This document shows, one piece after another, positions 17,893-29,100 of a stretch of 64,000 bases of DNA (positions are counted from its first letter, which is position 1; every line of letters starts with the position of its first letter). The stretch lies in the IMG/VR virus record IMGVR_UViG_3300046318_000589; one strand, written 5' to 3'. Under the pieces are notes generated by a model. The model worked only from the letters and a program-made list of their open reading frames with translations, had not been told where the DNA came from and made no database searches. The position numbers and the translations under genes were made by a program. This stretch comes from a virus. Lineage: Duplodnaviria; Heunggongvirae; Uroviricota; Caudoviricetes.

Positions 17893-17975
17893 GCTGATGT
17901 CCTCTCTGACGTTAGAACCCACAGATGTTTCAGCATCGTGGTGGGTATAATTTAATTAGCCTTTATTATAACATT
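17893..17975 (-). promoter_or_regulatory. conserved homing-endonuclease leader (GCTAATTA promoter motif plus hairpin)
   Basis: GGCTAATTAAATTATA followed by a CCCACCACGATG-N7-CATCTGTGGG hairpin, then an AGAGAGG Shine-Dalgarno sequence. It is paralogous to the leaders of three other GIY-YIG genes. Confidence 0.6.
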
Positions 17976-18086
17976 ATAGGTTTTACAATGTCAAATTTAT
18001 TTACCACTTACAAAGCAATGACTTACATAATAATTATCTAAAATAAATTGTTTCCCTAATTACTTTAAAATATTAAGGAATACAAT

Positions 18087-19451
18087 ATGCCAGCTAAAGC
18101 AATGCACTCGAGCAGGATTAACAATGCACAAAACTTCATTGATGATGTTGCTGAAAGTGGTAACTCATTTTTTGTGGGAATCGGAAAATCCGACAGTTGG
18201 TCTGACACATTTGATGATTTTACGGATGATAATCTTTACCCCGAATTAGTTAATGGTGCAACCCGTACATTGACATACGAAGCACAAGTAAGACAAAATA
18301 TACTAGCAATGAAAAAACTATCTGTGCCATTTGTATCACATGGGATAAGAAGATATAATTGGATAAGTGGACAGACTTATGTTGCATGGGATTCGACTGA
18401 TCCAGATATATTTACGAAAAGATTTTATGTAGTTACGGATGATTTAAATGTTTATAAATGTATTCGGAGAGGAGCTGGTGCATCATCTGTTCGTCCATCC
18501 CACACAAATGCAACACCAACGACTGAGGCTGATGGGTATATGTGGCGTTTTATGTATTACCTTTCTGCTGTTAATACGCAAAGATTTTTAACGGATGTAT
18601 ATATACCTGTTAAGACTGTTTTGGGTGTTGGTGCTATTGACGCTGATAATGACCAATATGCAAATCAATTAGAATCCTTAAATATCAAAGGGGACATTTA
18701 CACCATTAAAGTTGTTAATGGGGGCAGTGGCTATACATCTGCAACTGTTGTTATTGATGGGAATGGTACTGGTGCTACTGCAACAGCTACTTTATCGGGG
18801 GGTGTTGTTACAGGAATTACAGTAACGAATGTTGGAAGTAACTATAACGTAGCCAAAGTAACAATTACAGGTAATGGTACGGGTGCTACTGCTGTTGCTG
18901 TTTTATCACCACCAAACGGACATGGCTATGATCCTGTGGCTGAACTTGGGGGAGAATTTGTACTTGTTAGCTTTACATTGGTTGGGGATGAAGAAAATAC
19001 ATTTATTGTGGATGATGATTTCCGTCAAATTTCCCTTATTAAAAATCCTTTAAATTTTGGTACGTCTGTTATAGCAACTGCTGATAGGTTAGAAGCTGTT
19101 AAAACTATGCGATTAAGTTCAGTAACAAATGGTACATCTTTTACACAAAGTAACGTGGGTTCTGTTATAAGAAGTCAATCGGACGAATCGATCAAGGCTT
19201 TTGTTGTTAGTTATGATACAGCTTCTGGTGATTTAAAATATACACAAAATGATAAGACTGGATATAAGCCTTTTGTGCAAGGCAGTACGATTTTATCGAA
19301 TACCGGTGCGACAGGAACAATATCAGTTTTAGCACAAGCAACGCCTGATGTAAATATTCATAGCGGACAATTACTTATTGTGGATAATATCCAAGCTGTG
19401 AATAGAACTATTACTGGACAAGAATCTTTAACATTTATTATTCAACATTAA
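18087..19451 (+). CDS. structural (baseplate/tail) protein with tandem beta-repeats
   Basis: 454 aa with repeated [23 protein letters not shown] / [20 protein letters not shown] modules. A CCTAATTACTTTAAAATATTAAGG motif lies upstream. Confidence 0.45.
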   Translation: MPAKAMHSSRINNAQNFIDDVAESGNSFFVGIGKSDSWSDTFDDFTDDNLYPELVNGATRTLTYEAQVRQNILAMKKLSVPFVSHGIRRYNWISGQTYVAWDSTDPDIFTKRFYVVTDDLNVYKCIRRGAGASSVRPSHTNATPTTEADGYMWRFMYYLSAVNTQRFLTDVYIPVKTVLGVGAIDADNDQYANQLESLNIKGDIYTIKVVNGGSGYTSATVVIDGNGTGATATATLSGGVVTGITVTNVGSNYNVAKVTITGNGTGATAVAVLSPPNGHGYDPVAELGGEFVLVSFTLVGDEENTFIVDDDFRQISLIKNPLNFGTSVIATADRLEAVKTMRLSSVTNGTSFTQSNVGSVIRSQSDESIKAFVVSYDTASGDLKYTQNDKTGYKPFVQGSTILSNTGATGTISVLAQATPDVNIHSGQLLIVDNIQAVNRTITGQESLTFIIQH

Positions 19452-19461
19452 AATATGGATT

Positions 19462-19496
19462 GACATAATTTATTTCTCGTGTTATTATTATTTTAA
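19462..19496 (+). promoter_or_regulatory. sigma70-like promoter (TTGACA, 16-17 nt spacer, TTATTAT)
   Basis: TTGACA at 19462 with a weak -10 element, upstream of the 19517 ORF. Confidence 0.35.
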
Positions 19497-19516
19497 AATT
19501 AACATGGAGAATTTAA

Positions 19517-20062
19517 ATGTCTGAAAAAAATTACACATTACTAACTTGGGCTTACAATGATAGTGGTGTTTGTATTGGCGATGTAGAACTTGCCAAAGAA
19601 TTATTCCAATTAGGGATTGATCCACAACCAGCAAAACCTAGAAATCAAGTATGTAGTATTGGTTGGTGTGAACATGAACAAAAATGGTACGGTTGGTCAC
19701 ATCGTGCGAGATGGGGCTTTGGTATTGGTTCTGGGGTTAAAAAAGGCGACATAGCATATAATCCTGCTAACCTAGATGATTGGATAGAGAATAAAGTAGC
19801 GTTTGAGGTTGATGAGTATCAAACACTTATAAGAACTGAAATAAAACCCAATCAAAAAGTCGATCTTGATGATAGTGGGGATAGAACGGTTCTTACTATT
19901 ACTACACGTTACAATAATGAAGTACCGATCGAAAGTCGCAGAAATACTATTAATCATGATCATTTTGTAGTTCCTGAAACATTTGGACGTGGGGAGTGGA
20001 CAGCACAAACTCTTGAAGATGCAAAACAGATGGCTATAGACTTCGCAGATAACACAGGATAA
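19517..20062 (+). CDS. hypothetical protein
   Basis: 181 aa with a GGAGAA ribosome-binding site. Confidence 0.5.
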   Translation: MSEKNYTLLTWAYNDSGVCIGDVELAKELFQLGIDPQPAKPRNQVCSIGWCEHEQKWYGWSHRARWGFGIGSGVKKGDIAYNPANLDDWIENKVAFEVDEYQTLIRTEIKPNQKVDLDDSGDRTVLTITTRYNNEVPIESRRNTINHDHFVVPETFGRGEWTAQTLEDAKQMAIDFADNTG

Positions 20063-20065
20063 ATA

Positions 20066-20266
20066 ATGGACAAAGACAAACTTTTAGAACAAATATTAAA
20101 AGCTAAAGATACTATTACAATGTTTAATATTGAAGAACTTGTTGAGGAATGTGATTTTTTTATGCCTGAAAAAGTTAAGAATAGGGTACAAGATGCTATA
20201 AAATTCCATGACGCTCTTTTCATCGGGAGAATAAATAGGCTATTAAGAAAAGATGATTTAAAATGA
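20066..20266 (+). CDS. hypothetical protein
   Basis: 66 aa. Confidence 0.35.
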   Translation: MDKDKLLEQILKAKDTITMFNIEELVEECDFFMPEKVKNRVQDAIKFHDALFIGRINRLLRKDDLK

Positions 20267-20586
20267 TAATGCCTGATAAAATGATTACAGCATCTCAATC
20301 ATTATTTTACAAATCTTTACTAATCCTAAAGGAATTAAATAAAACCAAAGAACCTGTGAAAATATTTTTAGCATTACAAAATTCTATGAGTGCTAAGGAT
20401 TTTATTTTATGTTTAAACTATCTATTTATTATAGGGGAGATCACTATGGAAAAAGAGCCGTCCAATCATTTAGAAAGCTATGAAAAACCAAATGACGAAA
20501 CCATTGAAGCTATGGAAGATGCGATAAATGGTAACGTCATTCATTATAATTCTGTTGATGAATTATTTGATGATTGGGAACAATAA
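20263..20586 (+). CDS. hypothetical protein
   Basis: 107 aa. Confidence 0.4.
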   Translation: MIMPDKMITASQSLFYKSLLILKELNKTKEPVKIFLALQNSMSAKDFILCLNYLFIIGEITMEKEPSNHLESYEKPNDETIEAMEDAINGNVIHYNSVDELFDDWEQ

Positions 20587-20644
20587 TAAAAAAATAATTA
20601 TCTATTCCCCTTTGCTAATTAAGTAAAACATAGTGGAATAGATA

Positions 20645-23600
20645 ATGCCAATTACCCCTTACGAATCGTCCCCATACCATGACGATTTTGACCAAGCAAA
20701 AAACTTTTATAGAATATTATTCTCGGGGGGTAGACCAGTCCAACCAAGAGAATTAAATCAATTACAAACAATTATAAATAATCAATTTGATCAATTAACA
20801 AGTCATTTTTTCAAAGATGGCTCTCCTGTTGTTGGTGGTAATGTTGTTTTTAATAATGAATATTCCTTTGTTAAATTAGAATCAACATTTACACATTCCG
20901 CTACAAGTTATACTGCTACGAATTATGCAAACGAATATGTGGGTACGATATTAACTGGATTGACATCAGGCGTTAAAGCACGAGTATTACAAGTTGTACA
21001 GCCTGTTGGTTCTGATCCGCTAACAATATATGTTCGATATGAAGGTTCAGGTACAGACAATGAAACAAAGACGTTCTCACCATCGGAAGTATTATCATCG
21101 AATGGTTCGCCAGTAAGATATGCCAAAGTAAAAAACTTAGCATCTGTTCCAACTGGGTATGGGGCTAGTTTTTCTGTCGATGAGGGTTATTGGTATGTTA
21201 ATGGTGCTTTGGTGTATGCACCGTTTCAATCTATTATTTTAGGTAAATATTCCCCCGATAATATTAATACGAGATTATCTTATAAAATATCCGAACAGAC
21301 AGTAACATCTGCTACAGACAGTTCATTGTTTGATAATACTTTGGGTGCTACTACACTTGGGGGTACAGGTGCAGATAGACAAAAAATAAGTCTTGCATTA
21401 ATACGAGAAGATTTAGATTATGATAATAGAGATCCGTTAAACAATAAACTTATACAATTAATAGTTATTGAAAATTCAAGAGTAAAGAAAAGTGCAAAGA
21501 CTGAATATTCCGATTTGGGAGATACTTTAGCCCAAAGAACTTATGATGAATCGGGTAATTACACCGTTAATAACTTTGGTATTAACATTAAAGAACATTT
21601 AAATGATGGTAGTAATTTAGGACAATATACTGCTGAGGGAGGTGGCACTGCTACTAAACTTGCTGTTGGTATTGAAAAGGGGAAAGCTTATGTATATGGT
21701 TATCCCATTGAAATAGAAGATACCATTTATTTAGATGTTGATAAATCAAGAGATGTTGAATATAAAAATAATGCGTCCCTAACAGTAAAATATGGTAATT
21801 ATATTGAAATTAATACTGTTGTATCAATACCTGATATACAAAATTTTACAACAGCGAATTTAAGAAATTCAGGGAATACGACTATAGGAACAGCAAGAAT
21901 TAGACACATTCAATATGTTTCTGGAAGTGGTAGCAGTGCTAAATATAGGTTATATATTTTTGATGTTATAATGAATAGCGGACAGTCCTTTTCTAATGTG
22001 GATAACATTCAACAAACTGTACCTTATGGAGGATCTGCTTTTACTGCTGATGTCATATCTGCATCTTCCTTATTTGATACTGACACAAATAAAATGTTAT
22101 TTGATTTACCGTTCGCTACAACTAAAACATTAAGAGATACATTAGGGAATATAGAATCTATTTACGATGCTAAAGTATTATTAAGTGGAACTGTTACAAC
22201 AGGTTCTGTTACTATCAATACTGGCAATGCTAATATTACGTTCAATTCGTCATCTACATCTGAGTATATTATAACACGAGATGATAATGGTACGATTATA
22301 TCACCAACATCCATTACTATAAATTCTCCTGCCAATACTGCAACACTAACATTTACAGGACAAGATGGTAATCTTATTTATGTATATGCCCCCGTTACAA
22401 AAGTTAATACAAGTGCAAGAGAAAAAACTAAAACTCTCACCACTGGTGCAACAGTCAATCTTAGTTCGCCCGATGTAACATCCAGTGGTGTTTTCTATTC
22501 TCTTGGTAAGTGTGATGTATTACGCATTAATTCCATTACTAATGGTGGTGTTAATATAACAAATAGATTTACCCTAGATAACGGACAAAGAGATAATTTT
22601 TACACAGTATCAAGGGTTCAACTAAAATCAGGGTTTAGTCAACCAAGTGGAACAACCACAGTAAATTTTGATTATTTCACTCATGGTGCGGGGGATTATT
22701 TTTCAGTGGATTCGTATGCCAATATTGATTATGAGGATATACCATCTTACAAGGGGAAATCCTTACGAGATTTATTGGACTTTAGACCTGTTAAAGATTA
22801 TGCAGGGGTTAATTTTACATCTACAGGAGCTTCTAAGGGGGATGTTATTGAACCTAATAGTGTATTTCGTTCTGATATGCAATTTTACTTACCACGCATT
22901 GATAAAATATTCATTAATAAAAGTGGTAAATTTGGCATTGTAAAGGGTATATCTTCTGTACCTCCCCAAGTACCAAATAACCCAAAAGACAGCATGGTAA
23001 TATATACCTTAACGATTAACCCCTTTACCTTTGGTGCGTATGATGTCATTCCTAACCTGGTTGATAATTCTCGCTCCACTATGGAAGATATTAGAAGATT
23101 GAAGAAGCGTGTTGATAAATTAGAATATTACGTTGCATTATCATTACTTGAAAAAGAGACTTCAAATTTACAAATATTTGACGATTCAGGATTAGAAAAG
23201 TATAAAAACGGATTTATTGCAAATTCTTTTTATGGACATAATTTATCATACACAACACATCCCGACTATTCTTGTTCGATTGATAAGATTAAAGGACATT
23301 TAAGACCACAGTTTTATCAAGACAACGTAAAGATGTATTATAATTCAGGAGCGTCAACTAATGTGCAAAAAACAGGGGCGTTATTAACATTACCATATAG
23401 CAAAGTGGTGGAGGAAAGACAACCATTTGCCACTGAAGCTATCAATGTAAACCCATACAATGTGTTTTTGTGGTCTGGTACAATGACTTTATCCCCCAGT
23501 TCTGATGAATGGAAAGAAACCAAAAGAAGACCTGACGTTATTTTTAACAACGAGGGTATATATGATTCTCTTGTAAATATTATTGATGAAACAAATGCTA

Positions 23601-25939
23601 ATGGTACACTATGGAATGAATGGACGACAAATTGGATAGGTGTTGAAACCAACCAACAGACCGTTTTTGACAGTGCTACAGCTCACGGTCTTAGTATGAG
23701 TGAAACATTAGGAACAGCAGTAAATTTCAATAGAGGAATAGGTATTGGTGCTAATGGATCTCACTTACGACAAACTGATTCTGTTATAACAACCACATCA
23801 ACGGGACAAGCTAGAACAGGCATAGAAAGACGCACGGTAAGTGAAACATTAACAAACAATATTGGCGATAGAGTTGTTGAAGTAAACTTTATTCCGTTTA
23901 TGCGTTCTCGTAAAGTATATTTTAAAGCGGAAAGATTAAAACCAAATACCAAAGTATATCCATTTTTTGACGGACAAGATATAAGTAACTACGTTAAATC
24001 TGAAACTTTTGTGGAATATTCAGATGTAAATGATTCAGACGTAACAAATTATTTAAATCGTACAAGCCATCCTAATGGTTCGTCCGCATTAATAACTAAT
24101 GCTAATGGTGTGGTTCAAGGATCATTCATTATACCAAATAATAGTAGTTTAAGATTCAAAACGGGGGCAAGACCGTTTAAACTAACAGATTCCCCAACAA
24201 ATAATACAAACGAAGAAACAACAACTTCTGAGATTATTTATGAAGCGAAGGGTATAATTGAACAGAAAGAAAATGTTGTTATATCTACACAAGTACCACG
24301 GATTGAGAGAAGTGTTGTGCGGGAAAATCGTGTTGTTGTTGATACAAGAATACAAGAAACGACACAATGGATCGATCCTTTAGCACAATCATTTTTATTG
24401 GATCGTGTGGGGGGTGTATTTCTTGAATCTATTGATATATTTTTCAAAACTAAAGACCCATCAATACCTGTCACATTACAAATAAGAGTTATGGAAAATG
24501 GTATTCCAACAAACAGAATAGTACCATTTTCAGAAGTAACCATATTACCTGCAAGTGTTAATATTAGCAATAACGCATCCTCATCAACTAACTTTAAATT
24601 TAGAAGTTTAGTATATTTACAACAATCTGTTGAATATTGTTTTGTTTTATTATCTAACTCTGATAAGTATCTTGTATGGATTGCCACGTTGGGGGGTACT
24701 GACGTTACAAACACATCATATCGTGTTGATAAGCAACCATACGCAGGTGTTATGTTTAAATCCCAAAATGCTTCTACATGGACACCAGAACAGACACAAG
24801 ATATTAAATTTACCCTTAATAGAGCGGATTTTACACAAACATCAGGTACAGCAGTTTTTAATAACGTGATAATGCCTTTAGCTTTACTTGATACAGATTC
24901 TTTAGAATTTACAAATGGTTCTAATGTTATAAAAGTGTACCATAGAAATCATGGTATGTTTGAGGGGTCAAGAGTAAGAATATCGGGTGTTCAAGCGACA
25001 TCAGGATCTAACATTAACAATATACCGCTAACACAAATTAATAAAGTTGCATCATCAAATGATACAACACCCCAAACAACAAATACTCATGCTATATCAG
25101 ATGTTGAAATGGATAGTTATAAAATAACTGTTACAACAAATGCTAATGCTACTGGAAGAGCAGGTGGTTCTGCCATATATGCTTCGGAGAATAACGTAGC
25201 GAATACAATGACCCCCATTGTTCAAGAGATTGTATTGCCAAACACAGACATAAGTTATCGGTGCAGAATTTCAACAGCACAATCATTAGCGGGTTCGGAA
25301 ACACCATATTCCCTATCTAACTATTTTAGTGTGATACCAAATGAAACACTATCGTTGCGTCAACCCTATTGTGTTGCAAGTCAACAAAACGAAACCTTAT
25401 CTGCTTTATCAGGTGCAAAGTCTTTAAGATTTGAAGCGAACTTCACCACAACACAAAGCAATTTAAGCCCCGTTATAGACTTAGAAAGAATATCTTTAGT
25501 AACTGTAGCTAACAGAATAGATCGCCCTAGTAACACTGATATAAATGGATTTAACACGGTTTCAGGATTTGTTTCTCATACTAAGGGAATTGGTGGCAGT
25601 GCGTTGGCGTGTCATGTTGATAAAAAGTTTGTGGTTAAGGAAGATGCCGATTCTCTAAAAGTATATTTCAATGTAAGTCGTCCATCAGGTAGTTATATTG
25701 ATTTTTATTATAAAATATCTTCGGGGGATGAAAGTAATTTTGATGAAACTGATTGGGTTTTAGCAACACCTGACGATCCGATTAAATTTTCAGAAACGCT
25801 AGATACGTTTAATGAGGTTTCATATACTATAAATAACTTGGAAAACTTTACAACGTATTCGGGGAAAATAGTTTTAACATCAACTAATTCATCAAATGTA
25901 CCTGTAATTAAGGATTACCGTATAATCGCAACTACCTAA
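20645..25939 (+). CDS. very large virion structural protein (baseplate wedge or fiber-like)
   Basis: 1764 aa, Ser/Thr/Asn-rich with no catalytic motifs. A GCTAATTAAGTAAAACATAGTGG motif lies upstream. Confidence 0.5.
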   Translation: MPITPYESSPYHDDFDQAKNFYRILFSGGRPVQPRELNQLQTIINNQFDQLTSHFFKDGSPVVGGNVVFNNEYSFVKLESTFTHSATSYTATNYANEYVGTILTGLTSGVKARVLQVVQPVGSDPLTIYVRYEGSGTDNETKTFSPSEVLSSNGSPVRYAKVKNLASVPTGYGASFSVDEGYWYVNGALVYAPFQSIILGKYSPDNINTRLSYKISEQTVTSATDSSLFDNTLGATTLGGTGADRQKISLALIREDLDYDNRDPLNNKLIQLIVIENSRVKKSAKTEYSDLGDTLAQRTYDESGNYTVNNFGINIKEHLNDGSNLGQYTAEGGGTATKLAVGIEKGKAYVYGYPIEIEDTIYLDVDKSRDVEYKNNASLTVKYGNYIEINTVVSIPDIQNFTTANLRNSGNTTIGTARIRHIQYVSGSGSSAKYRLYIFDVIMNSGQSFSNVDNIQQTVPYGGSAFTADVISASSLFDTDTNKMLFDLPFATTKTLRDTLGNIESIYDAKVLLSGTVTTGSVTINTGNANITFNSSSTSEYIITRDDNGTIISPTSITINSPANTATLTFTGQDGNLIYVYAPVTKVNTSAREKTKTLTTGATVNLSSPDVTSSGVFYSLGKCDVLRINSITNGGVNITNRFTLDNGQRDNFYTVSRVQLKSGFSQPSGTTTVNFDYFTHGAGDYFSVDSYANIDYEDIPSYKGKSLRDLLDFRPVKDYAGVNFTSTGASKGDVIEPNSVFRSDMQFYLPRIDKIFINKSGKFGIVKGISSVPPQVPNNPKDSMVIYTLTINPFTFGAYDVIPNLVDNSRSTMEDIRRLKKRVDKLEYYVALSLLEKETSNLQIFDDSGLEKYKNGFIANSFYGHNLSYTTHPDYSCSIDKIKGHLRPQFYQDNVKMYYNSGASTNVQKTGALLTLPYSKVVEERQPFATEAINVNPYNVFLWSGTMTLSPSSDEWKETKRRPDVIFNNEGIYDSLVNIIDETNANGTLWNEWTTNWIGVETNQQTVFDSATAHGLSMSETLGTAVNFNRGIGIGANGSHLRQTDSVITTTSTGQARTGIERRTVSETLTNNIGDRVVEVNFIPFMRSRKVYFKAERLKPNTKVYPFFDGQDISNYVKSETFVEYSDVNDSDVTNYLNRTSHPNGSSALITNANGVVQGSFIIPNNSSLRFKTGARPFKLTDSPTNNTNEETTTSEIIYEAKGIIEQKENVVISTQVPRIERSVVRENRVVVDTRIQETTQWIDPLAQSFLLDRVGGVFLESIDIFFKTKDPSIPVTLQIRVMENGIPTNRIVPFSEVTILPASVNISNNASSSTNFKFRSLVYLQQSVEYCFVLLSNSDKYLVWIATLGGTDVTNTSYRVDKQPYAGVMFKSQNASTWTPEQTQDIKFTLNRADFTQTSGTAVFNNVIMPLALLDTDSLEFTNGSNVIKVYHRNHGMFEGSRVRISGVQATSGSNINNIPLTQINKVASSNDTTPQTTNTHAISDVEMDSYKITVTTNANATGRAGGSAIYASENNVANTMTPIVQEIVLPNTDISYRCRISTAQSLAGSETPYSLSNYFSVIPNETLSLRQPYCVASQQNETLSALSGAKSLRFEANFTTTQSNLSPVIDLERISLVTVANRIDRPSNTDINGFNTVSGFVSHTKGIGGSALACHVDKKFVVKEDADSLKVYFNVSRPSGSYIDFYYKISSGDESNFDETDWVLATPDDPIKFSETLDTFNEVSYTINNLENFTTYSGKIVLTSTNSSNVPVIKDYRIIATT

Positions 25940-25960
25940 TTATTTTAGAAAGATTTAATT

Positions 25961-26182
25961 ATGGCAAGAAAAAAAGCGAAAGTATTAGATAACCCCGATT
26001 TAGAAAAAGATTTAGAAACTGGGGTTATCATTAACAACAATAAGAGTAATTTAATTAACCGCAAGATGGTTAAAAGGAATATCTTACAAAAGGAAAATGA
26101 TTTACAAAAATATAAAGATTTATGTGAAACTCTAATTCAACGCCTTGAAATCATTGAAGACAAAATTCAACAATCTAATTAA
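25961..26182 (+). CDS. hypothetical coiled-coil protein
   Basis: 73 aa. Confidence 0.35.
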   Translation: MARKKAKVLDNPDLEKDLETGVIINNNKSNLINRKMVKRNILQKENDLQKYKDLCETLIQRLEIIEDKIQQSN

Positions 26183-26199
26183 GTTAAAGTGGAAAAATA

Positions 26200-29100
26200 A
26201 TGTCTGAAAAAATTAGAGATGGCGTTACTGGTGGGACATACAACACTGGTATAGAGTTTGAAATGTTTGCTCCAACTGGAGACAGATTGGGGGTTACTGG
26301 AAAATTCAATCTATTAGTTGATGAAGTAGGACAAATAACATCTTTAAATACTACAAATAAATCTTCCATAATCAATTCTATCAATGAGGTAAATACGAAT
26401 GCAAATGCCTCTGTAAAATTAAACAGCTCTCCTCAAACGCTTGTTGGATCATACACGTTCGGTAATGCTGTAGGAACATCAAATAATGTTATGTTTAAAC
26501 ATGACGTTGAATTTCAAGGATCTGTAAGATTTACTGGTGGTGCGGGTGATACCCTAGATTTAAGCAATACTTTTATTGCTTTGGGAGATGATACATCTCT
26601 AACACCAGTTGGAGATGGTGGTCTTATTTTACAAAGAGCCAATAATATACCTGATGCAAGAATTTTTTGGGACGAATCAGAAAATGAATGGAAGATGAAA
26701 CCTGGTACAGCACTCTCTTATGGAGTGTTACACAAAGGTAACGTCAACGCAACAGCATTACCTTACATTTTAACGGGAGATCTTAACGCAGGAGATTTAG
26801 AATTAATAAGTAATGCACCCTTTTTAAGAACAAGAAAATCCAATGGTACATCAAACGGTAAAGTTTGGTCGTTTAATAATTCTACTACGAATGATGATTT
26901 ACAGATAAGAGGATTATCGGATAACTTTGCAACACCTTATCAAGCGTACACAATAAACAGAACTTCAGGTTCTATTACAGGGCATCAATTTTTTACAAAT
27001 GAACTTGAAAGATTAAAAATTGATAATACCAATGTAACAAGTACCCTACCAATTTTAGTTAATACTATATCTGAAAGAACATTGAATAATGGTGTTCTTG
27101 TTGACAGTTTAATTATCAAAGATGAAGGTATCTTAAATGGTGCGAATCGACTTGTAAGTTATTTAAATAGCGGAAGTATATTCAATCCCACATCTGCAAA
27201 TTTAGATTTCACTATTAATGGACAAGGTACTGAAGCATTATTCATTGATGCAAGCAGTACACAAATTTTTAATAGATATAATACTTATTTAGACCAAGGG
27301 TTGTTTGTTGATACAATTAACCAAAGAAATTCAAATGGAATAACATTTAATCATTTAGCTAAATTTAATGCCAATATAAATATTTCTAAATCAAACCCCA
27401 AAATAGTATTAAACGCAACAGATCAAGGCGTTGACAGTAAGAATTGGGAGGTTTATTCCACCTCAGGAACGTTTAGAATCTCAAGTAACAATGATGCGTC
27501 AAATGCTCTTAAACAGGCATATTCCATAGGCAGAACAGGGAACTCAATAGTTTCTCACTCATGGAATATTGGCGATAATGTAAATCTTCTTTTACAAGGT
27601 ACTACATTAACTGTTGGGGATACAGTCAATGATGCCAATCAGCAAATAACATTACAATCCAAAGTTGGCTTCAATACAAGTGTAGTATTTAGACAAAGTG
27701 ATGGAGTAAAGGGCAGTATAGGGTACAGTGATTCAACGAATAGATTTAATATTAGTAGAAATGCGGATGTTGGAGGAGGATTACTTGGGGGGATTTTTAT
27801 CAGTGAAACTGATGTTCTAGTTGACAATCTTACACTCAGAGTAGAAACCAGCTTAGAAGCAAATACTATTAACCCTTACTCAGGCAATTTAACTGCATTT
27901 GGACAAAATGTTAATATCACTGGCATATTATCAACAAATTCCGATAAATTAGTGTTTGGTTCATTTGCTAGTCAAGACGATAGAATTGAATTTGATGAAG
28001 CAAGTAATGAATTTAGGTTTTTTGAAGGTAATGATATATCAAATTCATCTATAAAAACAGGAAACATTCAGCTATTTTCTTCTTCAGCCCCATTAAATAC
28101 AAAAACAACAGCGATTGATGTATTCAACAGTGGTGCATTTGTTATATTCAATATTTCAGATGATGGTGCTACGACAAACAATCTTTATACGATACTTAAA
28201 ACAGGCATTTCCCCAACAAGTCATAATTTTTATATTGGGGATGTCATTGAAACAAAAATATCCAATGGTGTATATGAATTTGGTAATGGAACAAACGACA
28301 ACGCAACAACTATAAAATTAGTATCAAAAGACGCATTTAATAATGTTTTGACATTTACACAGGCAGGTGATGCGTTAAAAGGTGATATTGGCTATATAGA
28401 TTCTACCAATGTGTTTAGTATTAATAGATACGCCAATTCAGGAGGATCTTTACTTGGAGGTATTAGATTACATGAAACAAGAATAAGTGTTGATACTCTT
28501 CCCCTAGAAACGCCTGCATCCTTAAAAACAAATAATATATTGGAACTTACTAATAATAATGGCGTTGACATTGATGGTGTTCTAATAAAAGATGGGTCTA
28601 TAAATTTAGGAACAGGTAATGCTATTCAATCTATTGGTGATGTGAATATCGTTTTAGATTCTGATAATAATGCAACAACTAACTTTAACATATATTCCAA
28701 TTCTATAAATTCCACCAACAGATTATTTGGTATAACCGAATTAGGAACTACCACTATAAATTCTGTTTCTGGTGGTGATATTTTAAGTATCGTTGATGCC
28801 AATGCTACAAGTGCTGTGCTAGCTAATCCAATTATAAGCTTTGATTACTCCAACGGTGTTGGGGGTGCTATAACACGGGCAGGATATATAGGATTTGGTA
28901 CAACATCTAATGACAGTCTATATGTTCTTAACGATACAGGATCTATTATATTATCAGGTACAAACATTACATTAGATGCTAATAATCTTGATTTAAATAC
29001 AGTAATAACCACCAGTAATAAAAATATCAATATAGGTTCTGGTAGTTTAACCATGGGGCTTAGTGGATTATATTTTGATACAGGCGATATAGTATTAAAA

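Noticed and set aside
18700-18920. Repetitive GGTGCTACTGC / GGTAATGGTAC segments as possible non-coding tandem repeats or a variable region.
   Set aside because: They are in-frame and encode the duplicated GNGTGATA beta-repeat modules of the 454-aa structural protein.
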